A program made the position numbers and the translations under genes. Positions 13,271 through 24,930 of a stretch of DNA of 64,000 nt are shown here, piece after piece. This DNA is from Schizochytrium sp. TIO01. Lineage: Eukaryota > Protista > Bigyra: Labyrinthulomycetes. The stretch spans positions 2,294,001 through 2,358,000 of the forward strand of contig SMSO01000033.1 in NCBI GenBank assembly GCA_004764695.1. The letters run 5' to 3'. The first letter of the stretch is position 1. Every line of letters starts with the position of its first letter. Under the pieces are notes generated by a model, which made no database searches, had not been told where the DNA came from, and saw only the letters and a list, made by a program, of their open reading frames with translations.

Positions 13271-13926
13271 CCAAGGAAGCACAAGCAAGATTCGTATTGC
13301 CCCGCTCTCATCTGTTGCTGACATTGTGAACATTTTCTAATATCCTGCAAACTAGCAATTCCCTCGCAACATTGACATTTTCTCCTAAATCCTCAAAATT
13401 CATCTACTCTTTTGTTTTCACCTCCACCCTTCCTTTGAAGTCCTTCTTGGTCATTGCTGTTTGTTTACTAGACAATCGTCGGAGCCTTTGCACCAGCCCT
13501 TTCCAAATTCCAACTGAAACAGGCAAGAGCTGATGCTTTTCCTTCTGCAGGTACGCTCCGAGGCTCCAGGCGTTGACATCCCCAACTTTGCGCGCTGTTT
13601 GTTGTACGCTTGCTCATTCTGATGTCTAGCCCATAGTTCAACACTGAATAAGTACCCTTTCACAGTACACACACGATGTGTCCCCTTGCGCGCGGACCAA
13701 AGTTGACTCACAAAAAAGAAGAGAATAAGAGAGACGAAGAAGCTTTCACCTTCGATACATCAAGTTGAAGAGGTCTCGCGAGATGGGTTTGATGGAGCTG
13801 TCGTATTTCTTGGACTGGAAAGTTGTGTAGCTTTGACAAAGGCAAAAGGGTAACGCCATTTCAAGTTTGTAGTTCGCGGCGTGAGCAGAAGGAGCTACTA
13901 CTATTTCTTGAACTTTGCTTTTTGCA

Positions 13927-15417
13927 ATGGATGTGCGGAAAGAGGCACGTCTGCTTTGCCAAGAGGTCGACCGTATTCTAGAAGAGAAGACAGCTGTACA
14001 GCTTTCGCAACTTGATGCGGAACGAGCACGCGTGGCCGCCATTCTCGAGATTGTGCGCAAAGACAATGATGACCTTGCGTCGCTCCGGTCACAAAAGAAA
14101 CAGAGACCTCCAGGGTCAGAGGTAGACACAGCATCTTTGAATGCAAACGCTCCAGGACCATGGGCCTCAGGTCAGCTAGAACATGCAATAAAGTGGACGC
14201 ATTCACACAAAGCTCGGAAAGGAAAGCCTAGAAACAAGACAACAAGCTCTGATGTATGGCAAAATATTTACCCTTTTAGTGTTGTGGCAAGAGCTGGATC
14301 TCTGGAACACAAGCATTTAACAATCGAATCTCTGCAACGGGAGCTAAGACAGGATTCCAGGAACCCTATCATTCAGTGCGAACTTGGGCTGCGCTACCTA
14401 GAATTGCTTCGCTTCGAGGATGCTGCAACCTGGTTTTCCCGTGCGACGAAAAATCTCCTTAAACCCAAATCTAAGCACGCTGTAGCGAATGATGCTGATG
14501 AGGACGATCATTGGCCGGAAGAATCTATAAGCGTAGGTTTGCACCTTGAATTCGAAACATACCTACGCCTTGGGGTAGAGGAGAAAGCATCATTGGTACG
14601 GTCACAGCGTTTTGCAAGCGCAGCAAGTGCATTGAGATGTTGGCTTGACCACCATCACTGGCATTCATTGAATCTTGCTGAAGCTGATGAGAGCATGCAT
14701 ATTGTTGAAGACGTTTTAAGACCAATGTTATACGAAGACCAAGACTACATTCTGCAAAACCACTCTTTGGGCCCTTTAGGTGATTTACATATTCAAGTTC
14801 TGAAACGCCAGGTTCAATGTGGGGAAACCCATCGACGTTGTGAGAGTTTAAAACGATTGGGCCATTTGCTCTCAGAAAGGCGAGACTTCGCTGAAGCTTG
14901 CGATGCACTCCAAGAGTCCTCATGTGCGTCCGTTGTGCTGCACCCGCAACTACCCTCTAAGTCTTTGCAACCTTATGTTCCATGGAAAGATCACTCGCAC
15001 GCTTATGATCAATTTGATGCTATTGTTGCACATCGGGCAAGAAAGAAAAGAAATGAAAAACATATGCATCGCAAGTTAATGTGCGCCAAAGCTAAAGATT
15101 CTCAGCGTTTGGAGCAAAACTTTGTCAGTAGTGAAAGACACAGAATTTTTACGACAGGTGTACGGACCCACCACCAATTGACAACCTCTGAAGCCGATAT
15201 ACGAGTACCACCAGTTGTTCAAGCAGAAAGAAATCTGAATTTTGTAGAGGGATTGAAGGCCTCACATAGACCAGGATCAGCTCACAAGCTTCTTATGGCG
15301 AGAGAGAGATATGAGACTGAGGGCCTTCTGCAAGAGGAGATTGCAACACATGAGTTGGGCTTAGTCAGTGCACAGCAACGAGAATCCCCCAAACTTCAGC
15401 TTGTATCGTATCCTTAA
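13927..15417 (+). CDS. Hypothetical protein with N-terminal coiled coil and TPR-like segments
   Basis: Roughly 496-aa ORF from ATG 13927. ELGLRYLELLRFEDAATWFSRA and RLGHLLSERRDFAEACDALQ resemble TPRs. Confidence 0.7.
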   Translation: MDVRKEARLLCQEVDRILEEKTAVQLSQLDAERARVAAILEIVRKDNDDLASLRSQKKQRPPGSEVDTASLNANAPGPWASGQLEHAIKWTHSHKARKGKPRNKTTSSDVWQNIYPFSVVARAGSLEHKHLTIESLQRELRQDSRNPIIQCELGLRYLELLRFEDAATWFSRATKNLLKPKSKHAVANDADEDDHWPEESISVGLHLEFETYLRLGVEEKASLVRSQRFASAASALRCWLDHHHWHSLNLAEADESMHIVEDVLRPMLYEDQDYILQNHSLGPLGDLHIQVLKRQVQCGETHRRCESLKRLGHLLSERRDFAEACDALQESSCASVVLHPQLPSKSLQPYVPWKDHSHAYDQFDAIVAHRARKKRNEKHMHRKLMCAKAKDSQRLEQNFVSSERHRIFTTGVRTHHQLTTSEADIRVPPVVQAERNLNFVEGLKASHRPGSAHKLLMARERYETEGLLQEEIATHELGLVSAQQRESPKLQLVSYP

Positions 15418-15712
15418 TTTTAAAGATGCTAAAAGTAAATGTGTTCATCTTCTTTCTCTGGAACGCAAATATAGTATTGCAAGTTTCAACAAATTATCTG
15501 TGCCCATGGGATGAGGAGATGACGAGTATTCTAGACAGTCAGAAAAAAGGTAAGGACAAGAGGGTAGCAGTATACAAGAACCATGGATCGCGGTTTTTTA
15601 AATAAGAAATCCAATTTGTAAATACAAAGTCTTGTTAAAGAGGATTAAGGTGGTCAAAATGATGCGCGCTAACCTCATCCTGTAAAGGTAAGAAAATTTG
15701 TCAAATGCCACT

Positions 15713-16458
15713 TTACAGCAGAAAAACCTCCTCCTTTGCTTTGCGCAAAATGCGATAGCTCGCAGGCTCCTGCAGTGTAGCATTAAGCTCATCCATGATG
15801 TTACGGTAAAATGGGGTCTCGAACCAGCGGTTCAAATGTTTCATGCTCTCCCACTCTGTAAGAATCAAATACGAGGAGGGCTTGTTCACGTCCTTGAGAA
15901 TCTCACCCCTGTATAATACACACAATTGCCACATATCATTGTGAGTTTTTCCAAATTGTCAATACGGTTTATGAAAGCAGAACTTTGAAGGAATTCACCA
16001 TTGTCTAACTTACTTTACAAAGCCCGGCTGGTTACGCACATTACGCTCCACATTTAGCATGAGCGTGCGCACGGCCTTTTCTGTGTTGATTTATGACATC
16101 ATCAAAGTAGATTCTGTCCTGTCAGTCCTTCCGCTCGTAGTCATTACACTAGAGCCTTCGAAATAGCTCAAGCCAAACAAATCAAACGCCCCCTTTCTGA
16201 ACTTCGACCATGGTGCGCGCAGGCCTTCGTGAATACTATCAAAAATATACGCAATATCTCCACGAGTCTGTCATGTGTCATAGGTTCTCGTGAGGATAGA
16301 TAGCCTACACGAGAGCATCGAGGTCCTTCACGACGCGATTTGGGACCCGACGTCAAAAACATCTTCTTCTTGTTGCATGCGCGAGACAAGCGCAGCGTTG
16401 ACTCACCTTTGCCAGGAACCATGAGGCGCTCGCTGAGCACACGCACGCGGCCTGCCAT
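15713..16458 (-). CDS. Antibiotic biosynthesis monooxygenase (ABM)-domain protein, 104 aa; exons 16458-16407, 16080-16014, 15908-15713
   Basis: Two GT-AG introns join in frame to MAGRVRVLSERLMVPGKEKAVRTLMLNVERNVRNQPGFVKGEILKDVNKPSSYLILTEWESMKHLNRW..., showing the ABM pattern PGK...QPGF...EWES. Confidence 0.85.
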
Positions 16459-17412
16459 AGTGTCCGCCTGTTTTGAAGAAGCAAAAGTCCGTCGCTCAGA
16501 AGCGCTCCGTCGCTAAACTTGACTTCGAGGTTTGGCGTTGGAGCAAGAAACAAATTCAAGACTGCTTCTTCATTTGTTTCGTTCCTTTATAACAATAACA
16601 TTGACATATTCATCATGAGAACAAGACCAAAACTTTAAGTGAAAATTCCTCGCACGCTTTTGCTCCGCTGCTGCACCTTTACCTGGATACCTACACCCTG
16701 CTAGCATGGAGTGTCGCAGGAGTAGGAAGGATGTCGAGGCGATTATTTCGAGCTCACAATTTCGCAAGGTCCTTAAACTAACGCAAAGCCTGCTTTTCTC
16801 TCTTCTGCCTCTCCACGCTTTCCGAAAGCTTGCAATTTTGTCTCTCATTTAATGGCCAAAGTAACAAATCTTAGCGACTAGTAGGTGCCCGCACATGCAG
16901 TACAAATATTGCAAGCTCAGGAGTACTTCTGCTCATGTCTCGGCGCCAAGGAAGAAGTGCGTGCCTCCACGGCTGCTGCCCTTTTGTTGGCCTATTCGTT
17001 GCCGTGGAGCGAGTGATCTTACGCAACGCTATGGGTTGGCTGTAGTCAATTGATTGCTGGTTGTTGACTGAATGTATGTTTCTTTGTCTAAACTCTTGTT
17101 TTGTAGCTTTCCTGGGTTACAAACTATCATGAGGGCCTACACAAATTTGGCCCTCGAGGGACGAATATGGATGATGAATAAGGCACACCGCGAGTTCTTT
17201 CCGCGATGGGAGAGGACTGAGGCGAAGCAGGCAAAGTGGGGCAAGGCCAAAGCATAACAGATCGGTGAAGGTGATCAGCTCAGATGTTTAGAGGTTTTAG
17301 GGAATCGTAGAGATATGTTTTGGGGTGAGAGGGGGGAAATAGTATGCTAGCGTACAAATTGCAGTGACGGTGAAGTGATACAGAAAGCATGAGGTATCAC
17401 GGGACGGCGTAC

Positions 17413-18927
17413 CTAAATGGAGGGCAATCGGATGCTATCTGTATTTATGTGGTGAAGTTCTTCACGAGGCTCGATCGGGGCAAGATCTGATCGGGAAAGT
17501 CTGGTTCGTAAAGCGACCTTATCAACAATCTCAAGTTTTGAAGAGGCTTGTAGTACCGGGGGAGACTGAGATAGATTTGATCCAGCCGGTAAGGACTCTT
17601 GAAGTTGATGGAGGATCTGGTCGGACGACCTGGGTTTTGCTGAGGGTACAAGTCGAAATTGGCCACTGTTGTAGCGCTTACGTGGGGACAAAGGCTTGCT
17701 TGTTCGTTGATGAGGAGATGAACTCACCTTGCTTGTTTCGGCCACACTTATCGTTTTGAGAGCTTTGCTTCCATCATTCGGGGTTGCATGATTTTCACCC
17801 TCTGTCAACACCAGAAGATCTTCATTAATGTCCTTATCGTTCTCTTCTTCATCTACTTCGCATTTGTTGCTATGAAGCTTGGCTTGTTGCTCTCCTTCAG
17901 TATCTTCTTCTTCTTCTTCTTCTTCGATACCGCGTTCGTCTGTGTTGTTTACAGCACGTAAGAGCTCTGTTCGAAGCCTCGGGCTCCAGAACTCGTGAGC
18001 TTCGAGCCAATAGTTTGAGCACCGAGGCCCAACGTTGATAATGCGCAGAGCAACCTCCTCAAGGTCATCAGCACCATCAATATCCCCATCATGCATGGCA
18101 TATGTTAATTCTGCAAGAACTTGATCAATGAGCAAGTCACCAGAAGTAGAAGATGCAACATAGAGAAACTTTTCAAGACCCTGCGAGAGCAGAAAATCCA
18201 CTGCTTTGTAGTTCCCGGCAATCGCTGCAAGATGTAACGCACTTTCATTAAACGAGTTCTGACAGCAAAGACAGCAACCTCGATCGACTAGCACTTTCAT
18301 CATCTTTACATCTCCTATTGAGGCAGCAATTGCAAGAGGAAACTCGCTATTCTGCTGGACTCTTCTAGTGTTTATGATCGCGAGGTTCTGAGATGGCCAA
18401 TGCTTCTGGTATACATCAAGAACCTCCGTGGCGCTAGCCGTATCACCGTCTTCAATAGCACTGATTAGCCTCTGAGCCATTTCAAGTTCCTCGCCTTCAA
18501 GAATAGTTGGCCACCCTGATGAGATAGACTGGTCTGAAAGTATTCGGTCAACATCATCTTCAATTTTAATCTCTGCGAGCTCCTTCTCGAGAGTTTCAAG
18601 TTCACTTTGTTCTTTAGACGGCTCTATCCGACGCATGCAAGCAGAGTCTCCCTCAGAATTGAGCACGTCACCATTCCTCAATGCTGGATTACTATCCTGT
18701 ACATATTGAGCCCGTGTGGGAGATACTCTGCCAAGACATGCGCATTTGCCAAAAGAGTCACGCAGGCACCCTTCTTCACGAACTGCCAGCATTTCGCATT
18801 GTCGCATCGTAGCTTTCATGTTGCTCTGCTTCCGAGCGAGGTTTGGGTACCTCTCTACAGATGTAGCTGGCAGTCGAAATGAATCAGCCACGACTGTTTG
18901 GTAAGATGGGCTAAGAGACGTCTCCAT
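17413..18927 (-). CDS. Ankyrin-repeat protein
   Basis: FPLAIAASIGDVKMMKVLVDRG and SALHLAAIAGNYKAVDFLLSQG; first ATG at 18927. Confidence 0.85.
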   Translation of the reverse strand: METSLSPSYQTVVADSFRLPATSVERYPNLARKQSNMKATMRQCEMLAVREEGCLRDSFGKCACLGRVSPTRAQYVQDSNPALRNGDVLNSEGDSACMRRIEPSKEQSELETLEKELAEIKIEDDVDRILSDQSISSGWPTILEGEELEMAQRLISAIEDGDTASATEVLDVYQKHWPSQNLAIINTRRVQQNSEFPLAIAASIGDVKMMKVLVDRGCCLCCQNSFNESALHLAAIAGNYKAVDFLLSQGLEKFLYVASSTSGDLLIDQVLAELTYAMHDGDIDGADDLEEVALRIINVGPRCSNYWLEAHEFWSPRLRTELLRAVNNTDERGIEEEEEEEDTEGEQQAKLHSNKCEVDEEENDKDINEDLLVLTEGENHATPNDGSKALKTISVAETSKVSSSPHQRTSKPLSPRKRYNSGQFRLVPSAKPRSSDQILHQLQESLPAGSNLSQSPPVLQASSKLEIVDKVALRTRLSRSDLAPIEPREELHHINTDSIRLPSI

Positions 18928-19585
18928 GAAGAACAAAGCCTTTGTCAAACTGCAGCAGAAAGGCCAGAAAAGGCGACAAGAAGCCAAAGATAATGACGAC
19001 GATGACAAATCAAAGCAGTATGTAGGTTATGATGCTGAGCAATGCCTTGTCTTCTTCTTTTTCTTTTTTTAATTCGCGTACTTTGCACCAACAAGGATGT
19101 CAATGATAAACAAGAGATCTTCTTACTAGACTTAGCCAGAATGGAATATCACCTGCTAGTTAAACTCAAAACTGCATTAGCAACTGTCGCAAACGCCATA
19201 CAACACATCAGTTTTCTTTGCTATATATATTATTTTAAAAACTCAAGCGTATTGGGGTAGAAAAAATAGAAAAAAGAAAGGATAGAATTGAAGCTTTTAA
19301 TTTTTGTGTCACTTGATTAGTTATTAGAAGATCCGTTCAGGGGTCCCCGTTTTGGCAAAAATGTGTGGGTGTGTACCGGTGTTACAGTACGCGATCCTGG
19401 GAACAGTTGTATTGGAACCTAAGATTATTCATGTCCGAGTGTTTGATATCAAAGGCTTCCAAGCCATATGATTTCACGATGATTAAAGTATGAAGGAAAT
19501 CAGGTACCTGCTATTTAATTTGAGATTGTGTTTTAGATAGCGTTGCATCAATTCCACTGCCAAGGAGCGGTGGAGTTCAGGCAAG

Positions 19586-21187
19586 ATGTCGCGAGATAGT
19601 AGCAACAGTAAGGATCGTCGCAGCGCCTTTGGAAACAACCATCAAACAGTTTTCGCTGATCCTATATCTGAGCTCGCCATTAAGAATGCAAAATACATCA
19701 AGCAATGCACAGAGCTATACCTAGCTCACAAGAATATCGAGGAGCTACGGGATTTTGAGCGCTTCGTGAATTTAGAGAGGCTTTGGGTAAACAACAATGA
19801 ACTGCAACGCTTATCCCATCTTGAAGCAAACTTTCGTCTCAAAAGTATTTACGCTCAAAATAACCAAATAAACTCCGTGGCATCATGTGCGCGATTCAAG
19901 TTTCTCGAAGACTTGCACCTTTTCAACAACAAGCTTACAAACCTAGATAAATGTCTGGTGACCTTATCTAAACTCAAACATCTGAAAGTCTTAGACCTCT
20001 TCGACAATCCAGTTGCTCAGGAGGAAGATTATCGTCTAAAGGTTATTCATGCAATGCCCCCTGCGCTACAGGTACTTGATCGTCAAAAGATCAAGCTGCA
20101 GGAACGAGAAATGGCTGCCAAATTGTTTGGAAAATCTATCACACCAGAGAAGCGTCTGGAGCTCAAGCAGCGCATGGAGCACCCCCCGCAACGTCCAGCG
20201 TCAAAACTTGTTGGCGATCTATCTAGCTGCACTGTACTCTTGTTAGCGGAAGTGGACGCAATTCTCCGCAGGCGTGAGCAGGCGCTGGTCTTGCCAGTAC
20301 TTGAGGAAGAGCAAAGAGCGAAATTAGAAGCTAGCAGGAGCCTTGTGAAGCATATTGCGCCGAACCAAAAGCAAGAAGGCACACTCCTGGAATGGGAGCG
20401 TTATTCGCTAGCGCATGCTCTTAAGGATGAAAAGACAGGTCCTGAAGGTTGGTCATTGCAGAGGGTCTCGACAATTATCGAACGCTGTCAATCATTACTT
20501 GGGAAATCGCTCTGCATGGATCCTGATGAATTCCTTGCAGATTTAGCAAGTACGTACCCAGAATACGTCAAACATCTTGAGGGAAAACAAGACGATGGCA
20601 ATAATCATGTATACAAGCCACAAATTGTTAAGCAGCATTTATTGGTCTCTGACTGGGAGCTCTGGGATACTGCTAAGTACCAGCAGCGGTCCAATCAACT
20701 GTTCGACGAGGCTGAACTAATTAGAAAGCGGCTTAGTAACCCTTCAACATCAACTGATGCAATGACCAGTAGCATGGAAGATTTGCATAGCCAAATCCTA
20801 ACTAATGCTGCACAGGCCTACAAGCTTCGAACGCTTCGTGAACATGCACTAGCTCAAACAACAAGCCGCCATGAAATACCAAAAAATCAAGGAAATGGAA
20901 CTTCAGCGTCACCGGCACTACAGGATTCCCCAAGCACAAATTCACTTTCTGGTGGGTCGAACCCAAGCACTATCTCTCGAAAGGACGAGTATCAAATGTA
21001 TTGCTATGACTGTAGTTTTAGCGATGACAGCAGAGACAGCGAAGTGAATCTTAGCAAGAGCTCACTCAAAAACTCTGCACAAAGTAAATTTGGTATCTCA
21101 CCCCACCAAACTGCACGTTTGCAGGCTTCTGTGCGCGAACAACAGCGAGGCAGACCTTCGTTACGGCTTTTTTTTACAAAATTATAG
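19586..21187 (+). CDS. Leucine-rich repeat protein, LRRC72-like N-terminus with LRRcap
   Basis: SDS22-type LRRs (LERLWVNNNEL, LEDLHLFNNKL, LKVLDLFDNPV) and cap YRLKVIHAMPPALQVLD. Confidence 0.85.
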   Translation: MSRDSSNSKDRRSAFGNNHQTVFADPISELAIKNAKYIKQCTELYLAHKNIEELRDFERFVNLERLWVNNNELQRLSHLEANFRLKSIYAQNNQINSVASCARFKFLEDLHLFNNKLTNLDKCLVTLSKLKHLKVLDLFDNPVAQEEDYRLKVIHAMPPALQVLDRQKIKLQEREMAAKLFGKSITPEKRLELKQRMEHPPQRPASKLVGDLSSCTVLLLAEVDAILRRREQALVLPVLEEEQRAKLEASRSLVKHIAPNQKQEGTLLEWERYSLAHALKDEKTGPEGWSLQRVSTIIERCQSLLGKSLCMDPDEFLADLASTYPEYVKHLEGKQDDGNNHVYKPQIVKQHLLVSDWELWDTAKYQQRSNQLFDEAELIRKRLSNPSTSTDAMTSSMEDLHSQILTNAAQAYKLRTLREHALAQTTSRHEIPKNQGNGTSASPALQDSPSTNSLSGGSNPSTISRKDEYQMYCYDCSFSDDSRDSEVNLSKSSLKNSAQSKFGISPHQTARLQASVREQQRGRPSLRLFFTKL

Positions 21188-21796
21188 ATTAATTAATAAA
21201 AGCAGAATTCCATACAAGATAAGAGACGGTACCACTGTGTAAAGAAATCTCCCCAGGCTCGCAAAGCGCCCAGCAAAGAATATCCACGCCGCTAACCATA
21301 CCATGTTGTATCTCTTGTAGCCCACAAGCCGGAGTGCAAAACCCACGTGCGAATGACAATTATCCCAACACAGGTTGTGCATCCGACCAGTGTATTCCTG
21401 GCAGGCTTCGTAGATAGCTTTGTCCCATTTATCTACAAGATCTCGATCAGCAGCTTGCTTTGCGTCGAAGCATTGTATATAGCGGGTGGTACGCCCAAAT
21501 AGAAGCGAGTCGACCGTGATAGTATAAGGTCCTGCAAAATCAAAAGTAATACCACGTGAGTCTGCAATACCGAGGTGTCCCACAAAAGGAAGGAATGCAG
21601 TCAAACACGGAATCGGCGTCCACACAAGACAGAACGGAAACCGCTCGCGGTTGAGGTCGATTTTTAGCGTCGGTGGTGTCCAAGGGGCGCGACTTGCGAA
21701 ATCTTCACCGGAGCTGGAGTCCGCTCCACCATCACCGTGCTCGAGGCGGCTGGCGTGTTCGTCAGCCATTAGATCCTCAAGTTCAGTGGTTTTCAT
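21182..21796 (-). CDS. TMEM222: TMEM222/RTE1 (DUF778) family protein
   Basis: RFPFCLVWTPIP...GHLGIADSRG...DFAGPY and HNLCWDNCHSHV motifs; C-terminal TM segments. Confidence 0.92.
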   Translation of the reverse strand: MKTTELEDLMADEHASRLEHGDGGADSSSGEDFASRAPWTPPTLKIDLNRERFPFCLVWTPIPCLTAFLPFVGHLGIADSRGITFDFAGPYTITVDSLLFGRTTRYIQCFDAKQAADRDLVDKWDKAIYEACQEYTGRMHNLCWDNCHSHVGFALRLVGYKRYNMVWLAAWIFFAGRFASLGRFLYTVVPSLILYGILLLLINL

Positions 21797-22361
21797 CGTG
21801 TTGACGGATATGCCACGAACAGATTGTGATGTTTAGTACCGGGTTTACTCTGGTATTGACACTGTTTTGATCGAGTTTTAGCTTTACTTTTCCGTATTCT
21901 TCGTTTTTCGTTTTACGATTATTTTAAAATATTAAGATTTTTATTTTGTTTTGCTTTTAAAACCAATACCTAATATGGAATGTACATTGTGGTTTCCATT
22001 GCAATAAGTGACTGTTTTGGCTTGAGTTTCTTGCTCTATCATACAAGCTTTAAGAGAGTCACCTCTGACTAGCAGAGTAAATGCAACGTGAATTCGTGGA
22101 TCAGGATACTATTTAGCTACTGTGGCGATACCCCGCTCCAGGGATAAAATAGAACCAAGAGAATCCATATTGATAAACCTAGATTTGGGAAGGGATTAAA
22201 GATTAAGAACTAGGGAATCAAGCTCGACCGTACATAGGTGCACGATTACTTAGAAAAAAACTAAAGGTTTGGGTGAATATGTTGTAGATGATTTTGATAA
22301 CATTGAAAGACTTATTTTTAAAAGCCCAGCAACCTTGATGAACTCACGCGCTCAAAGGTTT

Positions 22362-23810
22362 TTACTCAGTTTGTTTCTTACGCTCGAATGCGGCCGCAAA
22401 ACGTGCAGCTCTCTCAGCACGTGTCTCTTGTTTCCGTTCTGCAGCTTGTCGATCCTGTTCAGCTTGTTGACGGTTCTGCTCAGCAAGGTCTGATCGTTGC
22501 TTTTCTGCAAGGCGAGACTTCGCACGGTCTTTAGCTAGGCTCATAGCGTAATCTACAGTAGGGGCATGTCCTCCGCTTTCTGCCATTTCTTTGCTAAGAT
22601 CCTCAAAGATCTGTCTGCCTTCAGCAAGCTCCTCAGGTGTATAGTCATCAGCGATCTCGTCAAACTGGGAATCAATAGCAGCTCTGAGATCCTCTCGTTG
22701 TTTGCGCTGGTCGACTTGCTTTTGCGCTTGCTCTAGCGCTACCCCTACATCAGGAAGAGTTCCACCTTCTCGTTCATATTTTTCACGCATTTCGTCAAAG
22801 ATAGAGATAGTTTGCATAACAATTTCCTCAGGATGATTTTCCACGAGTGAAGCAAACTGCACATCAATGATATCCTGGTTGAGTTGTGCGCTATCCGCGC
22901 TCAACTTCGTGGACAAATCTAAAGCGCGAGCAAGGTCCTCCTCTTCTAATTTAGCAAGTTGTGAGTTCATCTCCGTATTCACGTGTCTTGAGGAAGCTGT
23001 GTCGGCAGATAAACCAAAACCTGGAGCTGGTGGTGTGTGGGTTTCAAGAGATGCCCTAATGGCTGCATTGAGATCCTCGTCATTATCATCATATTCTTCC
23101 ACTGAGCTTGCCCTTGTTCTCCTGTTCAAGCTGTGAGAGTCTGCTAATATTTGCTGCATTCGCTCATCAGACTCATCGCCTTTACCCCATACATCGCCAT
23201 AGTCACGTTCTTCATTTAGGCCACCTGCTCCAAAGACAGCCCCGCCTGGTGTGAGATAGTGAGGTAGCCTCTGAGCCGTTAAAATTGACTGCAATACACC
23301 TGACTCGTGTGAGACACCGTCCGGGTCAAGACCTGCGAAGGTGTTGTGTGGCCGAAAGTATCCGCCACGACCGCCCAAAACCTGTTCTGCCAGACCTGGT
23401 GCGGAGCTGCCATAGATCCGTGAACGGTGAGATTCTGCAGCAGTCTGCTGTCTTCTGCGCACACTGGCCCCACTAAGACCGGCGTTATTCGCAGCAGTTC
23501 TTCGAGCACGATTTGTCATGCGGCGGCTACTCGTCTGGCCTGCTGCAAAGACTGCACCAGCACCAGTAGCACCAGTAGCACCGTCACCATCATTGTCATC
23601 ATCTTCCGTTAAATCAATGGAGCCAGAGCTGTTAGCAGCACGGCTTTGACTCCTTGGGGAGGTTACATTTTGGTCAGAGTCGTCACCAGAGTTAAACAAT
23701 GATGATTGGTTGCGGGCAGTCGACCGAGCCCCATTTCCTGCAAGACCTTGGCCAAACACGCCTAGATCAAAGCTGCCATCACTGCCAGAATCTTCGCTCG
23801 ATTTCTTCAT
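22362..23810 (-). CDS. Hypothetical protein with two ubiquitin-interacting motifs and a C-terminal coiled coil
   Basis: 482-aa ORF; DEDLNAAIRASLE and EEEDLARALDLS fit the UIM consensus. Confidence 0.75.
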   Translation of the reverse strand: MKKSSEDSGSDGSFDLGVFGQGLAGNGARSTARNQSSLFNSGDDSDQNVTSPRSQSRAANSSGSIDLTEDDDNDGDGATGATGAGAVFAAGQTSSRRMTNRARRTAANNAGLSGASVRRRQQTAAESHRSRIYGSSAPGLAEQVLGGRGGYFRPHNTFAGLDPDGVSHESGVLQSILTAQRLPHYLTPGGAVFGAGGLNEERDYGDVWGKGDESDERMQQILADSHSLNRRTRASSVEEYDDNDEDLNAAIRASLETHTPPAPGFGLSADTASSRHVNTEMNSQLAKLEEEDLARALDLSTKLSADSAQLNQDIIDVQFASLVENHPEEIVMQTISIFDEMREKYEREGGTLPDVGVALEQAQKQVDQRKQREDLRAAIDSQFDEIADDYTPEELAEGRQIFEDLSKEMAESGGHAPTVDYAMSLAKDRAKSRLAEKQRSDLAEQNRQQAEQDRQAAERKQETRAERAARFAAAFERKKQTE

Positions 23811-24930
23811 TGTGCAGGATTAATCTCCTGTGCCCAACGATTGATTTGATCCCTGCTTTAAAGCTCTTCACTTCGATCCCGGGTCTCTTCGCCGACAATA
23901 CCTTCAGGATGAAAGGAAAGACAACTGGATAGCGAGGTTTTAAGGTTGTTGTCGTCGCTATTAAGCTCGAGTGAAGCACCCCCTCCGAGATGCAATGTGA
24001 GAGTTGTGAGTGCTGCACAAAGTCTAGTCGTGCAGTGCGTACGTTCCGCAACAGAGACTACGCCTAATACCCCAAAGTCTCCAGTTCTTCCCTTTCAGAT
24101 GGCAGCGTTTCCTGTTGCTGCCGCGAGATTGAGGTTCTGCAGAGAGTCGAGAATCGTCAAGAAAGAAGAAGCCGTCTCATGTTTCTAATGTTCTCTACAT
24201 TCTTTTCAGGGTTGAGTCATTGCTGCCGTAGGGAATCCATAGCAAAGTTCTAAGGATAGCAAGATTGTTGCGGACCTTACTAGCATCACTCTCTTTGTTT
24301 TGTTGCAGAACCTGTATAACCGTCTTAGAAAGTCCTTGCTGGGAGCAGGCATCACATTCTCCTAGCTTGTAATCCTGCTCATTGTTTTAGGCAAGTTGCA
24401 AGCGAGCTGGAAATGAGAGGAATGTAGTCCAGGAGGTCCAGGGTAAAAGTGGAGTCAGTGTGTCCTGCCTTTTGCAATTATTTCTGAGAGCGACTACGGC
24501 ACGTATTAAGACTTGGGCAGTGTGAACGTGGATCAACAAGAGCTGTTTGGGGTAAAAAGACGACGTCTGAATAACGGGAGTGTTCTGGGGGTCTGGGGGA
24601 GAGTAGGAAAGGAGGCTCTTGGTGTTGCAGTTTGTAGGCAAAATAAATTTCAATTTAATCAGACAGAACTTGGCTGTCGCCAAAAACAGGGTTTGTCAAA
24701 GAGCGCTAATGGCAAAGTAAATATCTCAGAAGGCATGCGCTAGTTGCGTAAGAAAAGTAGGATTCATGCAGCAATCGAGATCGTGCGGTTTGTTTGGTTG
24801 ATATTGTCAGGTCATTACAGGGGACGTGCTGCACTAACACGTGAGGGAACGATGCTTAAGCTCATTGTATATGCTTCCGCAGTGAATAGAGGGCGATTGA
24901 AGATCATGCTCGTGCGTTTGTTTGAAGTTT

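Noticed and set aside
12428-13333. 301-aa antisense ORF over the SDR
   Set aside because: Codon-aligned mirror of a biased gene lacking TTA/CTA/TCA codons; no independent protein features.
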